Of a stretch of 64,000 nt of DNA, positions 8,525 through 15,861 are shown piece by piece. Numbering within the stretch: the stretch's first letter is position 1; each line of letters begins with the position of its first letter. The translations under genes were made by a program, and so were the position numbers. The notes under the pieces were generated by a model. That model was not told the origin of the DNA. It was given only the letters and a program-made list of their open reading frames with translations, and did no database searches. The stretch is from NCBI GenBank assembly GCA_017302815.1, contig JAFLCQ010000001.1:17652-81651 (forward strand), read 5' to 3'. Source of the DNA: Planctomycetota bacterium (lineage in GTDB: Bacteria; Planctomycetota; UBA11346).

Positions 8525-9687
8525 ACCTGGCCGGCATGGCGGTTCGGAATCTCGCCCGCCATCCGATCCGCACCGGTCTGACCGTCCTCGGGGTCGCCTG
8601 CGCAGGCGCCACCGTCTTCGCCATCCTCGGCTTCGATCGCGGGTATGAACGCGCCTTGCGCGACGAGTTGACCCGCACCGGCGTCCATCTCTTCGTGTCG
8701 ACGGAGGGCTGCCCGTCGGTCGCTGCCACCATGCTGATCCGCGGCGGAGAACTGCCGCGCTACATGACCGACGCGCATCTCGCCGAGGCCAGGACCACGC
8801 CCGGCGTGCGCTTGGCCGGCGGTTATCTCATCGCCACCGGCATCCCGCCCGAAGGTGGGGGCATCGACCTGTTCTTCGGCATCACCGAGGAGGTGCCGCG
8901 GCTCAAGCCGGAATGGCACCTCGACGGTGCGTGGTTCTCGGCGCCGGACGCAGCCGAAGCCATCCTCGGCGCCACCATGGCTGAACGCTTCCAAGCAGCC
9001 ATCGGCAGCAGCATCACCATTCCCAGCCTCGCCCGCGAGGTCCGCGTCGTCGGCATCCTGGAGCGCACCCGCAGCCAGGACGACCAGTTCATCTTCCTGC
9101 CCATCCAGACGGCACAGCGCTGGTTCCGCAAGGACGGCAAGCTGACCGCCATCGGGGTGCAGGCCGAGTCCGTCGAGCAGATTCCCGCGGTGAAGACGGC
9201 GCTGGAGCGCATGCCGGACGCCTACGTGGTGCCGGCCGAGGCGATGAGCCAGGAGATCCTGACCCTGGTCGGCGGCACCAAGGCCCTGATGACCGCGGTG
9301 GTCGGCATCGTCCTGGTGGTCAGCATCCTCGGTTTGGCGAACACCCTGATCATGGCGGCGATGGAGCGGCGCATGGAGTTCGCCGTCTTGCGCTGCGTCG
9401 GCGCCTCGCCGGGGCAGTTGGCCATGATGACCGTGCTCGAAGCCGCGGTGATCGCCCTGGTCGGCGTCATCGTCGGAACCAGTGCCGGCTGGATCGGCGG
9501 TGGCATTCTGGATGCCTGGATCCGACGCCACCTGCCCTATGCCCCGTCTGGCGATCTGCTGCAACCGGATCTCATGGTCACGGCCATGACCGGCGTCGCC
9601 ATCCTCATCCTGGCCTTGGCGGCGGCGTTGTGGCCGGCGTGGCGGACGGCGCGCATCGCTCCGCTGGAGGCATTGCGTCATGGTTGA
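8521..9687 (+). CDS. ABC transporter permease, FtsX/MacB-LolCE family
   Basis: N-terminus MAVRNLARHPIRTGLTVLGVA, a large periplasmic loop and a C-terminal FtsX-type 3-TM bundle. Translationally coupled to the ATPase (8-nt overlap). Confidence 0.88.
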   Translation: MNLAGMAVRNLARHPIRTGLTVLGVACAGATVFAILGFDRGYERALRDELTRTGVHLFVSTEGCPSVAATMLIRGGELPRYMTDAHLAEARTTPGVRLAGGYLIATGIPPEGGGIDLFFGITEEVPRLKPEWHLDGAWFSAPDAAEAILGATMAERFQAAIGSSITIPSLAREVRVVGILERTRSQDDQFIFLPIQTAQRWFRKDGKLTAIGVQAESVEQIPAVKTALERMPDAYVVPAEAMSQEILTLVGGTKALMTAVVGIVLVVSILGLANTLIMAAMERRMEFAVLRCVGASPGQLAMMTVLEAAVIALVGVIVGTSAGWIGGGILDAWIRRHLPYAPSGDLLQPDLMVTAMTGVAILILALAAALWPAWRTARIAPLEALRHG

Positions 9688-10366
9688 CCAGGCACCGATA
9701 CTCCGGGTCCGCGGGCTGACCCGGCACCACCGCCTCGGCGAGCACGTCCTGCGGGCGCTCGATGGGGTAGACCTCGACATCCAACCGGGCACCTGCACCG
9801 CCATTGTCGGACCGTCGGGGTCCGGCAAGAGCACCCTGCTGGGATGCCTTGGTCTGGTGGATCGACCCGATGCCGGCACCATCGAACTGGACGGGGTGGA
9901 CATCACCCGCAGTACCGAGACCGAACGGTCGCAGGTGCGGCGCAGCCGCATTGGCATCGTCTTCCAGCAGTTCCACCTCATGCCGCACCTGACCGCGTTG
10001 GAGAACGCCATCCTGCCGACCGTCTTCCATGTCGCGGGCCGCCGCGGCGCCGAAGAGCGCGGCCGAGCCCTGCTGGAACGGGTCGGCCTCGGCGCCCGGC
10101 TGCATCATCGCCCGCGCCAGCTCTCAGGCGGCGAGCAGCAACGAGTGGCCATCGCCCGGGCGATGATCCACACCCCGGGCATCCTGCTTGCCGATGAACC
10201 GACCGCGAACCTGGACTCGCAGAACAGCCGCGGCGTCGTCTCCCTACTCCGCGAGCTGGCCGGCAGTGGTGTGGCTGTGGTCCTGGTGACGCATGATCCA
10301 GAGGTCGCCGCAGACGTGCATGCCTGCTACCATATGCGGGATGGGCGGTTCATTCATGGAGGGTAA
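9680..10366 (+). CDS. ABC transporter ATP-binding protein (MacB/LolD-like)
   Basis: Walker [13 protein letters not shown] signature [14 protein letters not shown], Walker B ILLADEPT. Confidence 0.93.
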   Translation: MVDQAPILRVRGLTRHHRLGEHVLRALDGVDLDIQPGTCTAIVGPSGSGKSTLLGCLGLVDRPDAGTIELDGVDITRSTETERSQVRRSRIGIVFQQFHLMPHLTALENAILPTVFHVAGRRGAEERGRALLERVGLGARLHHRPRQLSGGEQQRVAIARAMIHTPGILLADEPTANLDSQNSRGVVSLLRELAGSGVAVVLVTHDPEVAADVHACYHMRDGRFIHGG

Positions 10367-10414
10367 GCTCCGCGGTGGCCGGCTATTCGGGTCGCCCGCC
10401 GGCCGGACACAGCC

Positions 10415-10984
10415 ATGAAGACCCGCGACAGCGGCATGCCCGACCAGGACTGGTGGGAATCCTTCTTCGATCCCGATGCGATCTTCGACGCGCTCGGGTT
10501 GCGCCAGTTCGATGGGCCGGTGGTCGATGTCGGCTGCGGCTACGGCACCTTCACCGTGGTGGCAGCCCGCCGGACCGCCCATCCGGTCATCGCCATCGAC
10601 ATCGAGCCGGCGATGGTGGAACTCACCGCCGCCAAGGCTCGACAGGCTGGGCTCCACCATGTCCAATGCCGATTGGCGGACGTCACCGAGGATTCGCTGG
10701 GAGTCGGGCCGGCAAGCACCGCCGTCGTGCTGCTGTTCAACCTGCTGCACTGCGAAGATCCGCTGGCCGTGCTGACCTCCGCCCGCGAGGCCCTACGCCC
10801 TGGTGGCCGACTCGCGGTGATCCACTGGCGCAGCGACGTGCCGACGCCGCGAGGACCGGATCTGTCCATACGCCCCCGGCCCGAGGCGCTACGGGCGCTG
10901 CTGGTTCAGGCCGGTTTCTCCATCGCCATCGAGCCAGTCGTGCTGCCTCCGTACCACTTCGGCCTGGTTGGTCGGACGGCATAA
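10415..10984 (+). CDS. Class I SAM-dependent methyltransferase
   Basis: Motif I VVDVGCGYGTFT, a post-I acidic residue (IAIDIE), and a later LRPGGRL motif. Confidence 0.85.
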   Translation: MKTRDSGMPDQDWWESFFDPDAIFDALGLRQFDGPVVDVGCGYGTFTVVAARRTAHPVIAIDIEPAMVELTAAKARQAGLHHVQCRLADVTEDSLGVGPASTAVVLLFNLLHCEDPLAVLTSAREALRPGGRLAVIHWRSDVPTPRGPDLSIRPRPEALRALLVQAGFSIAIEPVVLPPYHFGLVGRTA

Positions 10985-11010
10985 CAGCCGTCAAGTCGTG
11001 GGTTGCCGAT

Positions 11011-11027
11011 ATACCCATGGGGGGTAT
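11011..11027. promoter_or_regulatory. Candidate CsoR/RcnR-type operator ATACCC-ATGGG-GGGTAT (G-tract dyad)
   Basis: ATACCC/GGGTAT arms flank a G-tract 9 nt upstream of the repressor ATG. This resembles known G/C-tract dyads bound by CsoR/RcnR family proteins. Confidence 0.55.
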
Positions 11028-11035
11028 GGTACGAC

Positions 11036-11317
11036 ATGCCCCACACCCAGCACGACCGCCGCAAGCTCCTCGCCCGCGTCACCCGCATTCAGGGCCAGAT
11101 CGCAGCAGTGGCGAAGTTGCTGGAGCAGGACCACTCGGATTGCAACGCGGTCCTCCAGACCATCGCGGCCACGCGTGGGGCGCTGAACTCGCTGATGGCC
11201 GAGGTTATGGCTGGCCACATCCGCGAGCACGTCATCCCCGCTGACACCAAGGCGACGCCCGAGCAGGCCGACGCCGCTGAGCAGGTGATCGACATCATCA
11301 ACAGCTACCTGAGGTAA
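11036..11317 (+). CDS. rcnR: Metal-sensing transcriptional repressor, CsoR/RcnR/FrmR family
   Basis: Pattern RKLLARVTRIQGQIAAVAKLLEQDHSDCNAVLQTIAATRGALNSLMAEVMAGHIREH (conserved Cys and His positions). Immediately upstream of an RcnA-type exporter. The tracked ORF starts at a TTG (11003), but ATG 11036 leaves the operator upstream. Confidence 0.8.
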   Translation: MPHTQHDRRKLLARVTRIQGQIAAVAKLLEQDHSDCNAVLQTIAATRGALNSLMAEVMAGHIREHVIPADTKATPEQADAAEQVIDIINSYLR

Positions 11318-11321
11318 GGTC

Positions 11322-12371
11322 GTGGACATCACCGGCGTTTCCCTGACCTACCTGCCGATCGCCATCGGCCTTGGCGCTCTGCATGCCCTCGAACCGGGGC
11401 ACGCCAAGACCATGACCGCCGCCTATCTGGTCGGCATCCACGGTCGCTGGAGCGATGCCGTGCTGCTCGGCTTGGCTGCGGCGCTGACCCACAGCATGGT
11501 GGTCATCGGCATCGCCGTGACGGCCCTGTACGTCGGTCGGGAAGCCTTTGCTGGCGATGCGATCTGGTGGTTGCAGATCGGCAGCGGCGTCGTGGTCATC
11601 ATGCTCGGCAGCTGGATGCTGTGGCGTCGCCTGCGCCCGCAGGCCCGCGTCCCCCATCACCATGAGGCCTCGGCCCCCGTCGTCGCCACCGGACCACAGC
11701 ATCGCTGCGAGGTCAGCATTACCGGCGAGTTCCCCAACGAGCGCATGATCCTGCTCTTCGCCACCGCCCCGTCCGGTCTCGTCAGTGCCACGATCACGCG
11801 CCCTGGCGGAAAGACCGAGCGGCTGACCTTCGCTGTGGATGACGCGCAACCACTGCGCTTCGTGAGCGCGGAGACGCCCCAGGAACCCCACGAGTTCTCC
11901 GCCGTGATCGAACTGGCCAATGGCGAGCGTCTGCCCTTCGTCGTGACCGAACCCGAGGGCCACGGTCATGACCACCTCGATGATGTCGCCCACGCCAAGG
12001 CTCACGCCAAGCAGATGCCGACCTACGTCGGCACGGGCATGCGTCCGACGTGGTGGCAGGTGGTCGCCTTCGGCGTTGCTGGTGGCCTGGTGCCCTGCCC
12101 AGCCTCCATCAGCGTCATGCTCCTGGCCCTCTCCGTCGGGAGCACGGTGAGCGGCCTCGTCCTGGTCTTCGGGTTCAGCCTTGGGCTGGCGTTGGCCCTG
12201 GTTGGTGTCGGCTTGGTCGTGGTCGCTGGCGTGCACCACCTTGGCAAGAGCGGACGGTTCTCGTCGTTGTCGCGCTATGCTCCGGCAATCTCAGCCGCCG
12301 TGGTGGTCGCCTCTGGTCTGGCCGCAGTAGTGCTTGGTCTGGTGGGGCCTGGCCATCATGCGTCCGGGTAA
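11322..12371 (+). CDS. rcnA: Nickel/cobalt efflux permease (RcnA family) with an enlarged central loop
   Basis: Signature LGALHALEPGHAKT in TM1. His-rich loop segments (PHHHE, EGHGHDH, DVAHAKAHAK), six predicted hydrophobic helices, GTG start. Confidence 0.8.
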   Translation: MDITGVSLTYLPIAIGLGALHALEPGHAKTMTAAYLVGIHGRWSDAVLLGLAAALTHSMVVIGIAVTALYVGREAFAGDAIWWLQIGSGVVVIMLGSWMLWRRLRPQARVPHHHEASAPVVATGPQHRCEVSITGEFPNERMILLFATAPSGLVSATITRPGGKTERLTFAVDDAQPLRFVSAETPQEPHEFSAVIELANGERLPFVVTEPEGHGHDHLDDVAHAKAHAKQMPTYVGTGMRPTWWQVVAFGVAGGLVPCPASISVMLLALSVGSTVSGLVLVFGFSLGLALALVGVGLVVVAGVHHLGKSGRFSSLSRYAPAISAAVVVASGLAAVVLGLVGPGHHASG

Positions 12372-12556
12372 GACGATGCCGAACCTCTGGGGGAAGATCC
12401 TCGGCGAGAAGGCAGGGGGTGGTCACCGTGGCTGCCGTAACGCCCCGTCCGTTCGCCGATGGCGTGGCACAAGCCAGAGGGACAGAAGCGTGGCGCCCAC
12501 CATATTACAGTGAAAAGGCACCATCCGAAGGCCAGTGGAGTAGAGGATGGAAACGA

Positions 12557-13576
12557 CTATGGGGCCAGCTTCATTCCCGAGGCCACGGGCTGCGTGTACG
12601 CGACGAGGTAGGCACCCTTCGGCGCGGGGATGCGCTGGAGACCGTAGCCGGCCGTTCGACGCACCGCCTGCTCGACCGCCACGCGCAGATCGCGGTTCTC
12701 CTCGGGAGCGAATACGAATCGCGACGCCATGGCCGCCGTGCGTCGGTTGAGTTCCTTCACCGCAGCCGCTCCAAGGGAGACAGAAGGCGGCAGTTCATCC
12801 TTCCACTGGGCGATGATGCAGGCTGTCCTGGTGATGGGTAGGCAGACCTCGGCGTAAGGGCTGCCCGGAGCCAGCATGTCGGGATGGCAAGCTGGCGCAC
12901 CGACGACAGCCGCCGAGACGGGGCAGTCCGACACGCACAGTCGCCCAACTCCGGGTTCAACCACGCCAAGGCTGAATGCCATCTGGCCAAGGGTCTGGAT
13001 GGTCTTGTCGGAAAAGGCGCTCTCCATCATCATCGTTACCAGCTTCGCGTTGCTGATCGTGATCTTGAACGCCCGCGATCCCTTCTCCTGGATCATCTCG
13101 GTGAGCTGTTGACGTACTGGCTCGGTCATGTCGTCGGGGAATGGCACCGGATTTCGCCGGAGTACATGGTCGCCAACCTCATGCAGCAACTCCTGGTGCA
13201 TCCGTTCGACCTGCTCCTTGAACTGCGGAATCCGGGCGCGGTAGGTCGAGATGATGGAGGCAACCTCGCCGCGATCCGCTTCGGTTATCGCGCCCCGTGC
13301 GACCACGTCGTGAATCCAACAGCTCTGATGGCTCTCGATGTCGGACATCATCGTCTCGATACTCGCATGGTCCAACGAACCATCTGCCCGCTCGATCGTG
13401 TGGTAGTCGGATTCGCAGGCGACGTTGAGGATGCCGGTCTTGAAGGCCCGGACAGGATCGGCCTTCTGGTAGACGCAGATGCGCTTGGGCTGATCCAAGC
13501 AGGCGAACTCCCGCAACAAGGACTGCGGGATGTAGTGGTGCCGTCTCGGCTCAGAGGCGTTGCTGGTAGGCGGCAT
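12557..13576 (-). CDS. DUF4238 domain-containing protein
   Basis: N-terminal RRHHYIPQSLLREF matches the hallmark HYvPqfyLr.F start of DUF4238. 339 aa. G+C looks locally lower than in flanking genes. Confidence 0.75.
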   Translation of the reverse strand: MPPTSNASEPRRHHYIPQSLLREFACLDQPKRICVYQKADPVRAFKTGILNVACESDYHTIERADGSLDHASIETMMSDIESHQSCWIHDVVARGAITEADRGEVASIISTYRARIPQFKEQVERMHQELLHEVGDHVLRRNPVPFPDDMTEPVRQQLTEMIQEKGSRAFKITISNAKLVTMMMESAFSDKTIQTLGQMAFSLGVVEPGVGRLCVSDCPVSAAVVGAPACHPDMLAPGSPYAEVCLPITRTACIIAQWKDELPPSVSLGAAAVKELNRRTAAMASRFVFAPEENRDLRVAVEQAVRRTAGYGLQRIPAPKGAYLVAYTQPVASGMKLAP

Positions 13577-13722
13577 ATCACGTCATCCGATCGGTTCAGG
13601 CCGCGAGCATCGGCGGCAGGCTGCCAAGGCCAAGCGGCAGCGACCGGAGCAGAGCAAGGAGGTCACTCAGGCTCCTCATTTGGCCCAAAGCCCATCCCAA
13701 TAGAGATGCTCATCGGTGGCAA

Positions 13723-13759
13723 CCTGCAATGCAGGTATCCTCGTCGCTTGCATTGCAGG
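13723..13759. promoter_or_regulatory. Two copies of a 13-bp palindromic box (CCTGCAATGCAGG / CTTGCATTGCAGG) in the divergent intergenic region
   Basis: The boxes are at 13723-13735 and 13747-13759, 25 nt upstream of the RHH-protein ATG. This is a plausible operator for that RHH protein. Confidence 0.5.
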
Positions 13760-13783
13760 ATATACCCGAGTAGAGTTGCAGCC

Positions 13784-14398
13784 ATGACCGGACAGCGCAA
13801 AACCGTTCCCCTGTCGCTCCCCTCGGATCTCGACCTGTACCTCCGCCAGGAGGCGCAGCGGACGGGTCAGCCTATCGCCCAGGTCATTCGCCGCGCACTC
13901 GGCGTCGGCATGCCGCTCCAGGACGACCCAGCCACCCTGGCCCGCGCCGTGCGCGATGTCTACCAGCGACCGACCGAGTACCCGATTTCGCTCAAGATCG
14001 CCCTCCGCGAAGCCTGCGTGGCCGCTGAAGACCGCATCTGCGACGCCCTGGCGCACGGCCGGATGTCGCGGGCAGACGAGGCGACCATCGACGGCTTCGT
14101 GCGGCAAGTCGGCCCCTACCAGATCGGCCCGAAGAAGTGGGTCTACGGCCCGGTCAGCATCAAGGACAAGGGCGAAGGCTTCGACCACATGGTCGTTGGC
14201 GACCAAGTCTTCACCGGCGACAAGGTCGTCGTGCGCAACCACCTCTTCCACCTCGCGCCGGCCTCCGTGGAACTCGATGGCCGCCTCTTCTGGGTCTACA
14301 CCAACGTGAAGATGGACGAGAACGCCACCCGCGTCTTCCAGGAGAACCTGACCCGCGTCTGGCGTGGCCTCAAACCCGAGCCAGAGACCTCTGAATAA
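13784..14398 (+). CDS. Hypothetical protein with N-terminal ribbon-helix-helix (CopG/Arc-like) segment
   Basis: Internal ATG (13784) of tracked ORF 12884..14398. The upstream part of that ORF is antisense to the DUF4238 gene. N-terminus KTVPLSLPSDLDLYLRQEAQRTGQPIAQVIRRAL has an RHH-like beta-alpha-alpha pattern. I do not recognise the C-terminal ~150 aa. Confidence 0.6.
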   Translation: MTGQRKTVPLSLPSDLDLYLRQEAQRTGQPIAQVIRRALGVGMPLQDDPATLARAVRDVYQRPTEYPISLKIALREACVAAEDRICDALAHGRMSRADEATIDGFVRQVGPYQIGPKKWVYGPVSIKDKGEGFDHMVVGDQVFTGDKVVVRNHLFHLAPASVELDGRLFWVYTNVKMDENATRVFQENLTRVWRGLKPEPETSE

Positions 14399-14439
14399 GT
14401 TACCCAACCTTGTTATCGCAATGACTTACAACAGATTTT

Positions 14440-14467
14440 TTGACATGTCCCCGGCACAGGCTATGGT
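14440..14467 (+). promoter_or_regulatory. Sigma70-like promoter candidate (TTGACA - 16 nt - TATGGT)
   Basis: Exact -35 consensus and a 4/6 match at -10, in an AT-richer patch 105 nt upstream of the DUF3800 gene. Confidence 0.45.
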
Positions 14468-14529
14468 AGATCCTGCCTGCGCGGGACCACCTGTCCCTCC
14501 GCTCTTGCGGCGCGGGCTCTTCTTCCGAA

Positions 14530-14561
14530 CGGGGAGGCCACTGGTCTCCCCGTTTCTGTTT
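14530..14561 (+). terminator. Intrinsic-terminator-like hairpin CGGGGAG-gccactggt-CTCCCCG followed by TTTCTGTTT
   Basis: 7-bp GC stem plus a T-rich tail. It lies between the candidate promoter and the DUF3800 start codon (14573). Confidence 0.5.
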
Positions 14562-14572
14562 CAGGACGCCTG

Positions 14573-15481
14573 ATGCACCTCCTGTACCTGGACGCCTCCG
14601 GCACCGTCGAACTGCAAGATAGCTCGACCCATTACGTTCTCGCCGGCATCGCTATCCATGAGTCCTGGTGGAAGGCCGTCACTGAGGCCACCAGCCAGTT
14701 CGTCAGCCGCTACCGTCACGGTGCTCGACCCTTCGAGCTACATGCCAAGGAACTGCTCGACAACATCCCCGAGCAACGGCACATCGCGGGCTTCGGTGGC
14801 ATGACCTACGATCAGCGGCGGTCAGCCGTCGAAGCGATGCGGACGGCGACCTTGGCCGCTACTCCAGGCAAGGACAAGCCTGACCTGCGGAAACGGTACA
14901 ACCGCACAACCAACGTCCTGCACCTGACCGTGGCCGAGCGAACGCAATGCTACGAAGAAGCTCTACGCCTCATCGCCTCGTTCACTGATGTATGCCTCTT
15001 CTGCTACGCCATCGACAAGAAGCACGTCTTCCAGTCGCACGGCATGAAGGACATCTCCGAGGAGGCGTTCATGCAGGTCGTCTCGCGGTTCGACTATCTC
15101 GTTGCCCGACGGAACGCAGGCCGGAGACAGCCCGAGTCCTCGATGCTGGTCATCGACCGCGACGACGCCAAGGAAGACCTCCTCAAGCGATTGGCCGAGC
15201 GCTACCGCACCGAAGGACACCCCTTCGGCAAGGTCGAGCATGTCATCGAGCATCCGTTCTTCGCCAACAGCCACGAGAGCTTGGGCATTCAGATGGCAGA
15301 TATGGTGTCCCATGCCGTGCGCCGGTATCTTGAGAAGCCAAGCGACCAGACCCGTCTCGCCAATCTCCGCAGCATCTGGCCTCGGTTCGACGCACAACGC
15401 GACAGCATCCACGGCATTCGCCACTACGCCCCGAAGTCATGCCAGTGCGAGATCTGCGTCGGCACCGGCCGCGAGAACTGA
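14573..15481 (+). CDS. DUF3800 domain-containing protein
   Basis: N-terminal MHLLYLDASGT (the yiDESG-type start of DUF3800) and C-terminal LGIQMADMVSHAVRRY (lQ.aDl motif). Confidence 0.75.
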   Translation: MHLLYLDASGTVELQDSSTHYVLAGIAIHESWWKAVTEATSQFVSRYRHGARPFELHAKELLDNIPEQRHIAGFGGMTYDQRRSAVEAMRTATLAATPGKDKPDLRKRYNRTTNVLHLTVAERTQCYEEALRLIASFTDVCLFCYAIDKKHVFQSHGMKDISEEAFMQVVSRFDYLVARRNAGRRQPESSMLVIDRDDAKEDLLKRLAERYRTEGHPFGKVEHVIEHPFFANSHESLGIQMADMVSHAVRRYLEKPSDQTRLANLRSIWPRFDAQRDSIHGIRHYAPKSCQCEICVGTGREN

Positions 15482-15641
15482 ACAATGCTCACCCCTTGCA
15501 GGTCTTGCAGCGGATGCAGCGCGAGCGTCATGCCCTGCCCTCTGCTGCCATCTCCTGCCCTCATGGGGGACATTTTGAGGGCCAATGGCTTACGTCGCAA
15601 GGTAATAAACAACAAAGACTTACGGATAACCCAGGCCACGT

Positions 15642-15686
15642 TTGCCATGCTGTAGGTCGTGAGTTCGAGTCTCATCGCCCGCTCCA
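15642..15686 (+). other. tRNA-Gly(GCC) 3' fragment (anticodon loop to CCA); 5' half absent
   Basis: TTGCCAT-GCTGT-AGGTC-GTGAG-TTCGAGT-CTCAT-CGCCCGC-T-CCA matches positions 32-76 of a bacterial tRNA-Gly(GCC) (compare the E. coli 3' end GGUCGCGAGUUCGAGUCUCGUUUCCCGCUCCA). The upstream 5 nt (CACGT) cannot pair with GCTGT, and there is no GCGGGCG acceptor strand or D-arm upstream. Confidence 0.75.
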
Positions 15687-15690
15687 TTCA

Positions 15691-15725
15691 AAACCCTCGG
15701 TGAAAGCCGAGGGTTTTGTCTTTTT
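15691..15725 (+). terminator. Rho-independent terminator (AAACCCTCGG-tgaaag-CCGAGGGTTTT then GTCTTTTT)
   Basis: GC-rich stem flanked by A- and T-tracts, directly after the tRNA fragment. Confidence 0.85.
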
Positions 15726-15861
15726 CTGATGTCCCAGGCGACAACGGCTTTCAACCCCAGCGACTCTTTACAGCCGATGGCGGATGCCGTTTAGGAGCCG
15801 GCACACGGGCCTGTGGTTCAATGGTCGGGCCACAGGAGCGATGGGCGAAGGAATGCGTGCT

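Noticed and set aside
12884-13783. Upstream 300 codons of the tracked 504-aa ORF 12884..14398
   Set aside because: This part is antisense to the DUF4238 gene and reads as nonsense. Only the segment from ATG 13784 has protein-like sequence (RHH-like N-terminus) and lies in its own intergenic context.
15560-15686. An intact tRNA or tmRNA gene ending at 15686
   Set aside because: Only positions 32-76 of a tRNA-Gly are present. The upstream sequence gives no acceptor 5' strand (GCGGGCG), no D-arm and no pairing for the anticodon stem. It also has no tmRNA-like tag ORF or 5' GGGG acceptor. I called it a fragment.
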